Assembly: GCF_006345805.1 (NCBI RefSeq)
Contig: NC_043003.1
Span: 87,854,001-87,918,000, forward strand
Source of the DNA: Octopus sinensis
Taxonomy: Eukaryota
DNA length: 64,000 nucleotides
Reading direction: 5' to 3'
The number at the start of each line of letters is the position of its first letter. Positions within the stretch are counted from its first letter, which is position 1. Of the stretch, positions 25,860-38,054 are shown one piece after another. The notes under the pieces were generated by a model that saw nothing but the letters and a program-made list of their open reading frames with translations, was not told the origin of the DNA and made no database searches. Both the position numbers and the translations under genes were made by a program.

Positions 25860-27720
25860 CAGTGGATTCTATTTCATTCTTCAGCCACAGCAAAGTCCAG
25901 AGTTTTTAAGACACACATTAATATGGAATTTTGCAGTTCTGTTCATTCCATCAAGTATGTATGCAAATATATAAACAAAGGGTCTGGCATAGCTGTCTTT
26001 AGCCTTTCAGATGCTGATAGGGCCAATGAAGTACACCAATATCTAATGGGCCATTATGTAAGCAGTAATAAAGCCACTTGGAGACTTCTTCATTTCCCCA
26101 TCCATGACAGATATCCCACAGTTGTCCACCCCTCTGTTCATTTACAAAATGGCCAAGGAGTTTATTTTGATCCATTGAATCCCGAAATAGTTAGAGGACA
26201 AATATATGCACCACAGGTGATGACTCTTACAGCATTCTTTGACCTGTGTAGATGTGATGTATTTGCCACAACCATCTTTTACCCAGATGTACTGAAGAAT
26301 TACACCTGGAATAACCATGTTAAGAATTAGAAGAGGAGAAAACTTGGTGTAACTGTCGAAGGGTATCCACAGGTCAAGTTTATACAGTCCATCCCCAAAA
26401 CTTCGAATGCTCCTCCACAAAATTCCTGGACTGATGTCATTCAAAGACATTAAAATAGTAAACTCCTTCATTTGCAAAACATTTCGACAAGCCTGATAAC
26501 TATGAGGTCTTCTTGAAGATAGCAGTCATTGGAGTTTAGCTCTTTCTGATGCAGCACAGCTTACCAACTAAGAAGATTCTTCACCATCATGTACCATTGT
26601 GATTTACTGAATCCACTACAACTTTGGGAAAACCATAAAGACAGCCTATCTGATGACATCCTTCATGAAACTTGATGGATGCATGGGCCAAGTGTCTCCT
26701 ACTCGGATGTTATATACACTGAAGCGTTACGGCATTTAGGAGACATGCTTAGTTCCACTGGGGGCAAAAACTTATCCGACTATGGCATTCCAACAACTTC
26801 AGCTGAACATCATGGCCTTTCAAGAGAAGTAATTCAAGAAAGAGCATATGACTTGGATGCCCTAAAAAGGCAACTTGATGAAAGTGAACCATTATTGCAA
26901 GCTGAGAAACAGTCTGTTTACAATGAAATAGTAGTGTCTACCTTGCAGGGAGAAGGACGTCTTTTCTTCACTGATGCACCAGGAGGAATGGGGAAAACAT
27001 TTCTACTTAACCTGCTTCTGGCAAAAATAAGGCAGATGGGAAACATAGTGATTGCAGTTGCATCATTAGGGATAGTGGCAACTTTGTTAACAGGTGGATG
27101 AACAGCTCACTCAACATTCAAATTACCTTTCAATTTGACTTCAACGGATGCCCACATGTGCAGTATTTCAAAACAATCACTGACTGCGGAAGTTTTGCTC
27201 CAAACTACACTTATTGTCTGGGATGAATGCATGATGGCATACTGTGGTGCACTAGAAACCCTAGATAGGTCACTAAGGGATATTAGAAACAATACTGCCA
27301 TTATGGGGGGCGGACTTAACTGTTGTCCATGCAGGGGATTTCTGATATTACCAGTCATACCATGGGGTATGCAAGCTGATGAGATCTAAGCATGTCTGAA
27401 GTCCTCACCTCTGTGGAAGTTTGTCAGTTTTTATTAAGCAAGAATATGCGAGCTCATCACTCCAACGACCTCTTAGCTGAGAAATTCTCTCATCAACTTC
27501 TAAAAATTGGAAATGGCACCTTACTGTTGAATAACACCCTGCAGCAGCAGGTACTGCAATGTGGGCACATGGTGTCTACATTGGCTGAGCTTAAAGGAAA
27601 GGTATTTCCCACATTGCAAGACAACTTCAAAAACATAGCATGGTTTGCAGAGAGAGCTATTTTAGCACCTCAGAATGAAAGCATTGATAAAGTAAACCAT
27701 GAACTAACTCTTCCACATTC
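25860..27720 (+). mobile_element. Helitron RepHel remnant (Rep motif 3 through PIF1-like helicase)
   Basis: INMEFCSSVHSIKYVCKYINKG, WRLLHFPIHDRYPTV, FTDAPGGMGKTFLLN (Walker A), AVASLGIVATLLTGG, LIVWDECMM (Walker B) and AILAPQN. Confidence 0.92.
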
Positions 27721-28167
27721 TACCTGGAAATGCTTGTGTCTGGACATTTCTATTTGTTCTCTATGTTCACTCTTATAACACACACGAACACACATACACA
27801 AACACTTGTTGCATGCACACATACACAACACTGGCAAGCACTCACAACCCTCTAACTTTAACACCTTGTAAATAAAATCTTATTTTCTCTCAAACAGTGG
27901 AATGGCTTGTCGTTATTCATTTATATTTTGTTGGCACTTGTATAAGTTGTATTATGGCTTATCTTATTTTGTTAGGGATGCGACTGTGTGGCTTACAAAG
28001 GAGACCTGTCACCAACCTCCTCACGTACGGTCGTATTCCTACAAGTTTATGTATAAATATTCTTTTTATGTGTTTGTTTCCTTTTACACAATATTAAAAC
28101 AACAGCTAAAAATTTTCTGAAGCAGCACCCCCACTAATTTTATCTATGAACCGCCACTGCTGGGGAC

Positions 28168-28712
28168 TGTAACAAATGGAGTTCCAATTCCCTCTGCCTT
28201 CTCACTCCAAAAGCTTTTGTTGAAAGAAAATTCTAGTGCTTATGTAACTATAAGTTCTGATTGGCAGAAATGAGGTCTTTGGTTCTAGTCCTTAGGACTA
28301 ACCTCTAACCTCTGACCACAGAGCGCCTCAGCCAGTTCCAGCGCTTCAGCCTCAACATCATGGTTACAGAACCTTTGCTATTGTGAACTGGTAATTATCT
28401 CCATTTGTGTCTGCACATACATCTGGTGTCCTGATTATAGACTTTTCTATACTCTGTATTATCTCACACTTATAACGCACACATGTACACAGAACACACA
28501 CACTTGTCATACTCACGCACACAGACACACAAGTTAACCTATAAATAAAAAACCTTTTCTCTTTAACATAACGGTTGTGTCGTCTTCCTTATTCTTTACT
28601 GGCACTCTTATTCATTTATGCATTTATTTGGCTTCTTTTCTAAGGCCACTCTGTGGCATTTAAAAGGAGAAATTCATTCATCACTATCTCCTTTCGTACG
28701 GTCGTCTCTACA
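28168..28712 (+). mobile_element. LTR-like unit (TG...CA) preceded by a GGGGAC tract; partial relatives at about 27730-28043 and 32640-32790
   Basis: Starts TGTAACAAATGG and ends CGTACGGTCGTCTCTACA. The same end motif closes at 28043 and the same start motif occurs at about 32644. Confidence 0.5.
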
Positions 28713-29373
28713 TGCCCAAAGAGTTAGTCATATTCAATCTCTGGTGATTTGGTTTTCTTGGCATTTTTGGAAAGGAAAAATCATCTATTTGTATGTGTAC
28801 AGCTACAGGACTTCACATGCAGATGATATTTTGAGAATTCCAAACATTGGAGCTAACTTGTCATCTGTTGCCTTGTGAAAAATTGCTGTATTTTTGTTCC
28901 CTGAAGAAATTGAAATGATGGGAGTAAAAGCCAAGAAAATTATGGTAAAATATGATAAAATTTAGACAAAATGAAAGGTGTCTATATTTAAATATAAAGA
29001 AAAAAAGAAGAATCATTGAGAGGCAATTAGAAAAATTGTCCTGAACTGAAAGGGAGAAAAAAAAAATTCTTACACTGGCAAACAGATTTAACTGCTATTT
29101 CATGTGAACTGGAGATTCAGCATGTTGAACATGTGGGAAGTCAGTCATGTTTGTGAGTAAAAGTCGCCTCAGGCATATAACATAATTTTCATGTTTGTAT
29201 GTAGTCTCTGTGAGAATTTTTTGAATGAAATTGTCTGTATGTAGCCAGTTCCAAGACAGACAGAATTCATGTGTACCTGGATTATATCTAATTCATCATG
29301 AGTTAGGATGGCTAAATGCAGCAAGTAGGATCTTCTTAGTTTGTCAGCAGTCACCAATTTGAATGGAGACTGC

Positions 29374-29405
<32 letters not shown>

Positions 29406-29406
<1 letters not shown>

Positions 29407-32390
29407 GTAGTGTGATGGAGAAAAAGAACAACAGAAAAAGAAGCAAACAGGAGAAAGAAATACAAAAGGCCTTACCTGTGGATCCTGGCAGAATGAGCAC
29501 TCACTCTCAAGAAATAAACACATCTTTGCTCGCTTCTGTCTCTGCTTGAACTGACCACACATGCTTCCTGCCCATGCATGCCCCGTGACTGTGCCACAGG
29601 CCCCTGCAGTCTTCACTTCTTTCTACCTCATCTGCAATCCCCTCCACCAACACCACAGCTCATCACAGCCCATAACACCACACGCCCCACTGATCTACGG
29701 ATCACTCAACTGGCTTTCCCATTCACTCTTCGCTCCCGAACTCACACCTTAACTGGTTTCATAATCAGCCAACCAGGGAGGAGGGTGCCACTCCCTCTGT
29801 GGTCACCGGGACTGGGCTGAGTTCCTGGCATGCTGCTGCTGGCTTCATCATCTTGTCTACTGATGCTGTCTTCTTCTTGCCTACTGTTGCTGTCTTCATC
29901 TTCTTGCCCACTGCTGCTGGTTCCATTCTCTGAGGCATGGACAATCTTCCGTACATCCAAAACATGGCGTGGCATACCATCAACAGAGACGTTGTTCTTC
30001 GAATTGATGGAGTTTATTGTTCCTTTTGCCCTGTTCTTCTCATAAGGCACAAAGATCATGCTCAGCTTCAGATTGAACTCAGTGGTTAGTTCACGCAGTA
30101 TCCCCAATCGACACTTTACCAGCATCTCTGCGGCCCATTTGGTTCACACCCTCCACTCATTGGTGATGATTGCTGTCACCCAACCAAGTACAGTGACCGA
30201 ATCAGTCCTGATTTCTATGGTGTGCAGCCCCCACTTCAAGGCTAGGTTCACTCCCTTCAACACAGCATCCAACTCCGCCACATTGATATGATTGCAGTTA
30301 TCTGTCTTCCTGAGCCAGGCTACTTCCAAGACAACCCCTATTGCAATGCTACTGGCGTCACACCATACAATACTGCTCTTTGATTTGGGAACATACCAAC
30401 TGCCTCTCACTGGATCCTCTGCTCTCACTCTGACCAAGACTTCCTGTATCATGTGGGTCGTCTTCTCTCCCACTCTATCATCCCACTTCACTCCTTCGGC
30501 TTGTCTCTTGATGAAGCTACATGCTGTCTGGAGCCATCCTGCAATCGGGTAGTGTCCCACCAGCTTCCCACACACCGAGAACAGTTACCATCTACTCATG
30601 CTGGTGCCCAGTTCGGGGATCTCGTTCCCTCACAAGGACACCAATGTGCAGCCCTTGTCTCTCCATAGCTTGAGGCCCAGTGCAGTACCTCCCTCCATTG
30701 CCTCTGGTGGCTTGGCGATCAGTCCAAAACTCTTCAGGTGGCCTATGACCTCCGTTGCTGGCATTACAGTTTCATCCACCAGAATGTCATCAATGCATGA
30801 ATAGGTGGCCCTTTTTACTCTGTCCACTTTTCCCAGGATGGCCTTGAGAATTGTTGCCATAATCTTTGGCGCTGCATTTAGCCCGAACCCCAGCCTGGTC
30901 AGGCGGTATGTTTGGCCCTTATACCTGACAAGCTGATACTTCCACAGTTTCTTAGACACAAGCACCTGCAGGTATACCGACTTCAAATCAACGATCATGG
31001 AGGTCCCTGTCATCTATCTCCACTCTTGCAAGGTGTCTCCACAGACATCTGTGGCCTCGCCGCCTGTATGACATGATACGTGGTCGTTCAATTCTTGGAA
31101 GTCAAGCACTGGCCTGACCTTATGCTTTGTGGGCTGAACCACCGCCATCAGTGACAGGACTCCGCTGTCTACTTCTTCTCCCCAATGGATCAATATGTCC
31201 TCCTTAATCCACTGCTCCACCTCCCCCTCAAACTCACTTGTGGCATCTCTTTTTAGAGTATGCTGATAGCAGCCCACTTTAGTTTTTAATGCCGGAGGCT
31301 CTCTCTTCCAGCTCCAATCCACTGTCCACCTCTGGCCATCGAAGACAGCCCGAAAGTCCTCGTCTTCAATGGCGTGTGCAGCAGTAGTCTCCCTTAGACC
31401 ATTTCCCCGCAGACATTCGCTAGCTATATGCTTCGTTTCTCAACACCGGTAGCAAATGACCTCAAGCTTGGGTGATTCACAGTCTCGTACCATGTGTAGG
31501 CCCTGACACCGGAAACACTGTCCTTTGAATGGTCGCACACATTCTTTCTTTGACCCCTCTCTGCTGCTCCTTGCTCGACCACTTTTCGTTGTTGCAGTCG
31601 CTGCTACCGACATTGTCCTGCAGCATGAAACTAGCATGTGAGTCCAAGATACAATGTCTGCTATCGTGATCGAGTTAATGTTCGGCAGCTTCTGCAACTT
31701 GATCGACATGTGGTCAGGAAAGCCAGTCACAAACGCTAACTTAACCGTTCGGTCCAGCGATATATCTCCCTCATATCCCGCCAGTTTAGCCAATCTTCTG
31801 AGTTCATTCATAAATACGTCAACCTGTTCCCCAGGGGAGTGTACGCTTCGAACATTCCCTCTGCAAAGACCTCCATCAAACAGATTTCTATTTTCTCCGT
31901 GCTAAGTTGGTCCCTCTCTTCCATTTCTAGGTACAGCGCCAACACCGAACCATCCAAGTACAGCGGTATAAAACTCGCTAAGTCATTTATACCGTGGAGC
32001 TTTGCCACCAACTTCATTTTCTTCAACCAAGTGACAACACATCCGTGTCACTGCAAAATGGTTTGATCATATTGTTCGAAATATGGACAACACTCATCAA
32101 TCGTTTTTTTTTGTTATGGACTGAAATAGCTTGTAGTGTGATGGAGGACAAGAAGCAAACAGGAGAAAGAAATACAAAAGGCCTTACCTGTTGACCTTGG
32201 CGGAATCAGAGATAACTCTCAAGAAATAAACACATCTTTGCTCGCTGCCGTCTCTGCTCGAACTGATCACACATGCTTCCGGCCCATGCATACCCCGTGA
32301 CTGTGCCACAGGCCCCTGCAGTCTTCACTTCCATCTACCTCATCTGCAATCCTCTCCACCAACACCACATAGCTCATCACTAACACCACA
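29406..32390 (-). mobile_element. 2985-bp LTR retrotransposon with paired LTRs (29406-29682, 32132-32390) and AATTT TSD; encodes gag-RT-RNase H but no protease or integrase core
   Basis: Direct repeats bounded by TG...CA, with AATTT at 29401-29405 and 32391-32395. Motifs CFRCQGLHMVRDC/CYRC, KVRPVLDFQELN, VDLKSVYLQ, LTRLGFGLNAAP, CIDDILV, WCDASS and HINVAELDAV..TDS. Confidence 0.93.
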
Positions 32391-33090
32391 AATTTATTGT
32401 AACATTTTTTACAAGGCTTCATGAAATACAGAATCAATCTTATATGAACATTGTGTTTCACAGGTACTGGAAATCTTTGATAGATAGTTGATGATAAGAC
32501 TGATTTTTCACATCACAAGGCCATGTTGATACTTCAGCCATCTCCAAGTTGGGTATACAGCTGTGAAAATAGGTATTAGATGAATCGTACTGGTTTGAGT
32601 ATGACACTGTGAAAACAGCTTTGAGAGAGGAATTCACTAGGGACTGTAATAAATGGGGGCCTAATCTCTTCTGCTTTCTTGCTCCAAAAGCCTCTGTATT
32701 TAAGATCTTCATTGAAAGAAAATTCTAGAACTTATCACATGAACAAGACGTTCTGATTGGCTGAAATGGAGTCGGCACGCACAATAAATTTGTAATTTAC
32801 ATGTGATCAGAAATGGTATTGGGAAAACAAGTACACATAATATACATATGCACACATTCATATATGTATATATATATATATTCATATTATGTTCATTATT
32901 TATACATATGTGTGTGTGCATGTATGTGTAACAGGATGATAGTCTTTCAAATCATTGGCAATATATTTTGAGCTTAATTAAAACAAAAGTGGGCATTGAG
33001 TTAAGAAGACTAGTTTTAAAGATTCATTGTGCATTTTTAAATTACAGATTGTATCCTGAAATTATTTGTAGTACTTTACAATTTCCGTAA

Positions 33091-33098
33091 GCGCGAAA
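33091..33098 (-). promoter_or_regulatory. Candidate E2F site (TTTCGCGC on the minus strand), about 300 bp upstream of the predicted ATG
   Basis: GCGCGAAA is an exact match to the TTTSSCGC consensus, within a locally CpG-rich patch of an otherwise CpG-poor window. A single 8-mer could be chance. Confidence 0.35.
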
Positions 33099-33396
33099 TC
33101 CCGTAACCTGAGGTAGCCATAACGCGGGGGATGCCTGTATTCTCTATTTCCCGCTCTTCTGTGTATATAGCTCTGCCGGTAATTTTGGAACTCTTGATAA
33201 ATTTGTATTAATACTTAAAATATTCCTTGATGTTTTATAATAACTTTGAAATAATTCATTTCCGATGCTGTATTATAAGTATATAGCTTGTAAACGAATT
33301 AATTACAATTATGCGGAAAATAAACGTGGCTGGTGAAAGTGATGTTAGCTTTGTATTCTGATTCAAAATTAATAACGCGTTTTTCTCACAGCAACA

Positions 33397-33420
33397 ATGG
33401 TGTTTATAACCAGGAGTGAG
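33397..33420 (+). CDS. Predicted first coding exon of the plus-strand gene (MVFITRSE)
   Basis: ATG in strong context (CAACAATGG), followed 24 nt later by a GAG|GTATGT donor. Phase 0 matches the phase-0 acceptor at 49423. Lies just downstream of a CpG-containing patch. No transcript evidence. Confidence 0.6.
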
Positions 33421-33769
33421 GTATGTAGTCTTTGATTGTTTCTTTATAACTAAAAAAAAAAAGAAACAGATTTGTACAATCTCGTTTTAATTTAATATTC
33501 TCGTAGTAGTTATCTCCTCGATTTCTTTGGTGTCGTGTTTTTCCTGTTGTATAGTTCATTCAATATTTTAGTCCACGTGGCTGTGTTCCATTTTACTTTG
33601 CATTATTTTCACTTTTATACTAGAAATATATATTGTCACATTTTGCTACATCTAAAAAAGATTGCATTACATTTTTATTCTGTGAAACTACTTTCATAAT
33701 TAAACATTCGATTTTGTGTCATGAATTTTCTGTAGAATCGCAAGTAAGCCGAGTTTACGAGAAGTGCGC

Positions 33770-34460
33770 ACTCAGAATCGGAGTCTCCATAGCCGAAAAC
33801 GTGGGATTCCGTAAAAATTTTTTTTTCTAAAGTGTCGGGGGGGTCTGTTTACATCTCCGTCATGTGCGCCCTCATATAATCCCATAGGCTGTGAGGAGTT
33901 ATATGGGGTGCTTAAACTAGAATTCCCCTGCACGTTGCATATTCCGCCATGTTCGCCGTTCGCAAAATACAACGTGCAGGGGAATTCTGCTTTATGCACT
34001 ATATATAACCCCTCACTGCATGAGGGGTTATATGAGGTGGTTAAACCAAACTTTTGGATCTTTTCGGTTTGAACGGCAGTTTTTAACATAATTTCTAGGT
34101 AACTAAAATATTTTTAACTTCGTATACTGGTAGAATGTGTTTATAAAACATCTTTTTCTCTTGGCTTTATTGAGAAAATTCTATTGTTTGTAAGATATTT
34201 GTTGTTTTTTCCTTCAATTTCTGCCAATCACTGACGTCTATTGAGGTAAATAACATCCTGTGCCGCATGAATATGTCCCTCGTTTAAGAAACAGATTGGG
34301 TTTATTTACATTTGTGGCATAGTTCGCCCTAGGGTCATAATTATGGGTGACAATTTCATATGACACCGCTAGAAAAACTGCCGTTCAAACCGAAAAGATC
34401 CAAACATTTTCCCGATTCCTACGTTTTGGATGTCTGAGATTACGAATATGCCCCAAAAAT
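33770..34460. repeat. Nested foldback element(s) at the start of intron 1 of the plus-strand gene
   Basis: Perfect 19-bp inverted pair at 33919-33937 and 33970-33988. TTTGGATCTTTTCGGTTTGAACGGCAGTTTTT (about 34052) is inverted at about 34372-34404. Weaker outer arms at about 33790-33830 and 34410-34455. Confidence 0.8.
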
Positions 34461-34774
34461 TTTTTTATTTCACCCCCCTACCTCTTCTCCCAACTTAAAA
34501 TTTTGATTTTGTTTACTTTAAATAGATTGTAGCGAATTGACGAACATATTCAAATTGAAATTAAATGCAGACAAAAATGCATTAAAGTGAAAATAATATG
34601 CGTTTTACTTATGTTTACCTTAAATAATTGTAAATAATAATTTAATGTAAATTAGATATATATAATTTTATGAGAAACATTGATCTTTAATAATTAATGT
34701 TATAAAGTTTAATAAGGGGGCGCAAATTTCACCTCCTCCCCTAATTTTAAATTTTGAACTTTTTCATCTTTACC

Positions 34775-35152
34775 TTTTGAGAAAAACTTATATTTACGAA
34801 GTTATTTCACGTTAAAGTTCTCGTATTTCGGTAATTTCAACCAATCAATGATGTGTATTCAGCTGAATAAAATTACTGCTGTTGTTTGTCAACAAGAACT
34901 TCCGGCGGTGTATATTTCATTTGTCACTGTTATTTATGACAACCCTAACCCTAAAACCTTAACACTAGTATAAACATACGAGCGATGTCATAAATAACAG
35001 TGACAAACGAAAAATACACCGCCGATAGTTGTTGTTGACAAACACCGGCAGTAATTTTATTCAGCTGAATACACGTCATTGATTGGTTGAAATTACCGAA
35101 ATACTAGAACTTTAACGTGAAATAACTTCGTAAATACAAGTTTTTCTCAAAA
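34775..35152. repeat. Long palindromic (foldback) element with about 165-bp arms and a telomere-like spacer
   Basis: 34775-34941 is the near reverse complement of 34986-35152. The 44-nt spacer starts ACCCTAACCCTAAAACCTTAAC. Confidence 0.92.
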
Positions 35153-35353
35153 ATGCTAAGAGTAAAAGATGACACATTCTACTATGTCCGCAGTTTGAAA
35201 GTGTTTAGTTACAAAAAATTATATTTTAAATCTGTAGGTCAAAAGGTAAAGATCTCATATCTGTATGCTTATTGAATTTAAAATTTTGAAAACATGGTTT
35301 CTAGCATATTCAGAATTTTTTTGGGTAAATTTGTAATCTCCAACATCTAAAAC

Positions 35354-35584
35354 GGGTACTACTTAAGAAGAGTGGTCCCGGTGCGCGCACTCGTATAGTT
35401 GTGCATCCGCGCTTGCTAGTTGTGACTAGTCGATCCTTACTTCGTGTTTTTGTATTTTATTTACTTTGTGTAAAAAAAAATATTTATTTTGTGTTTTATT
35501 TACTTTGCTAGGTAGTCGTTGAAGGATCGACTAGTCACGTCTATCTAGCGCGACCACCGGGACTGCTCTTCTTAAGTAGTACCC
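35354..35584. mobile_element. MITE-like element with 28-bp TIRs and an internal 17-bp inverted pair
   Basis: GGGTACTACTTAAGAAGAGTGGTCCCGG versus CCGGGACTGCTCTTCTTAAGTAGTACCC (26/28), plus GTGACTAGTCGATCCTT versus AAGGATCGACTAGTCAC. No clear TSD. Confidence 0.8.
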
Positions 35585-37704
35585 TAAAATAGAATCCGAA
35601 AATATTTTTGGTTAATATTAACATTATTACCCGGAAACGAAATCGAAAAAAAAAAAATAGGGTATTCTTTCAATATGACTCAACAGAATCAAAACACTTG
35701 TCAACTGTCAGTTGATGACATGGGAGGAGGAGAAGAAAGCTAATGGGTTGTACGTGCGTGCATGCTTGTTCTTGTCTGTGTGCCTGTTCTGTTTTTATGT
35801 ATTTGTGTGTTGTGGAATATAGATATAACGAAATTATGCCAGCAATGTCTCATTTTAAACTTGAAGAAAAAAGCCTTTATATACACCATAAACACCCCCT
35901 TCCATACATACACCATAACAAGATACTCCCAGCCATAGCTAAGTACTAGGCATATCCCCCAGATTTCTTGTAAATACTGGTCCCCACAAAACACAAAAAC
36001 CTCTAGGCGCAGGAACTTTCCACGGTCTCCAGACCTAGTTTGCATATATTTATAATATATATATAAGAATTTTTTGCGTAATGAGATACAAAACTAAGGC
36101 TGTGTAGATCTATCTATAAATGTTCTAATATCTACACAACCTTGTTTTTTTTAATTTCATTATGCAAAAAATTCTAATATACACACGCTGACATATGACC
36201 AACGTTGAACCCCTAATTTGCAAAATTACCGAACCTGGAACTTAACTATGGTCTCTCTATAGCACTTATTCAGCATTACCTGACACCTTTGGGTCTCAAT
36301 GACATCATTACCCCCCTATATATATATATAAAAACTTACTTGGAGGATAAGAAATGAAATGACGCGAGGCACTCAGTCATATAATAACAATTTAGTAAAT
36401 AAAATATATGCATACATACATACTAATATGTACGTACCTACATCTATATGTATATATACATGCATATATATATATATATATGAGTACAGGACACCACAAA
36501 TAAACATAGAACACAATGAGAAACGAAAACGTAAAAACAAACAAGGAAACAGACTTTTTTTAACAATGAAAAAACAGAGTACAAGACAAACAATACAAGG
36601 AATATTCCCCTTCATCAGCTGCCCCTGGTTCGACTCAATGTGTGTTTCGAAGGTAAGGGCAGTCCTTCCTGCAAAATGAATTAAATAAAATTCCTTTGCA
36701 GAGGGGTAAAACAAGGAAAGAAAAAAAGTGACAAGAACAGGACGTAAATGCAATACAAATAAAAATACAGTACACATAAATAATAAAAACAGGACAATGA
36801 AACCAACATTGAGGGCTTTTTTAAGCCTAGACGGTGGAAAAATTTGTTGGGGCACAATTCAGAATCGACTTGATAGAGACAGAAGAAGTCAATGTTGACT
36901 TGTTGAAAGCTACTTGCAAAAGAAAGTTAGTAGTCCACTCAGCATACAATGTAAGTGTATGTCAAAGCAAACTGTTACACTGTTGTACCATTGAATTACA
37001 AATAATGCTCATCTTTTATGCTCAAGTGATCCTACAGCTTCCAAGAGTACAACTGTATTTGTCTTTGCTTAGATAAAATGACTAAATTGTGGGTGTTAAG
37101 CCTCCATGACAGGGTCTTTCTAACTTGTAAGAAAATGAAATTTTATAAATATTACTTCATTTGTATGTAATATGTATGCTTAAAATTTCATCAACAGCAA
37201 AAATATATGAATTGTCATGGGGATTATGGCCCTTATGCATAGAATATAATTTCCAAATTTCCTAAAGATCCATTCAGCACTTTTGACCTAGTTTTGGATC
37301 ATAAAAGAAATGACTAAAATTTTGGAGTTAAGGCTCCCATTAGGGTTTCTTAGAATCCTCATGTGAAGTGGAAACTTTGGGAATACTTCTTGATGTGTGT
37401 CAATTACCCATGGTTGAAATTTCATCATCGAAAATTTATGAATTATGCCCCCATGAAATTCAAACCAAACCTATTGCATTATACCCGCCCTTATGCATTG
37501 AATCTAAGTTTCAAATATCATAAGGATCCATTCAATAATTTTGGTCCATGAAATTGTATGAAACACACAGCATTACCCTTCTCCCTAGGCTTGGATTTTG
37601 TGTTTCAAATTTCATTATGATCGGTGCAGCAGTTTTCGAATGTATAAGTAACACACGAACACATAAAGATATTGACTTTGATATAATAGATATGAATGTG
37701 CACA

Positions 37705-37720
37705 TATACATACATGTGTG

Positions 37721-37757
<37 letters not shown>

Positions 37758-37980
37758 GTGTGTTTGTATTATATATATATATATGTGTGTGTGTATTATA
37801 TATATATGTGTGTGTGTGTATTATATATATATATATGTGTGTGTGTGTATTATATATATATGTGTGTGTGTGTATTATATATATATATATATGTGTGTGT
37901 GTATTATATATATATATATATGTGTGTGTGTATTATATATATATATATTTTTGTGTGTGTGTGTGTGTGTATTATATATA

Positions 37981-38022
<42 letters not shown>
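37705..38022. repeat. Compound (TA)n(TG)m microsatellite with a recurring TAT junction
   Basis: About ten TAT(TA)n(TG)m units ending in a long (TA)n. This explains the spurious Y/I/C/V-rich ORFs here. Confidence 0.95.
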
Positions 38023-38024
<2 letters not shown>

Positions 38025-38054
38025 TAGCTTAAGATGGCCCGCTCTACACGCGGG
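38023..38054 (-). mobile_element. Helitron-type 3' terminus (hairpin plus CTAG|T); similar termini at 40865-40893 and about 57832-57858
   Basis: The minus strand reads CCCGCGTGTAGAGCGGG-N11-CTAG-T, the canonical Helitron 3' hairpin plus CTRR end. Confidence 0.55.

Noticed and set aside
36590-36670. Possible hammerhead ribozyme on the minus strand (GAAAC...CTGATGA core pieces)
   Set aside because: Stem II does not close in register (A after CUGAUGA faces C before GAAA) and stem III is not convincing. An Infernal or RNAmotif search would be needed.
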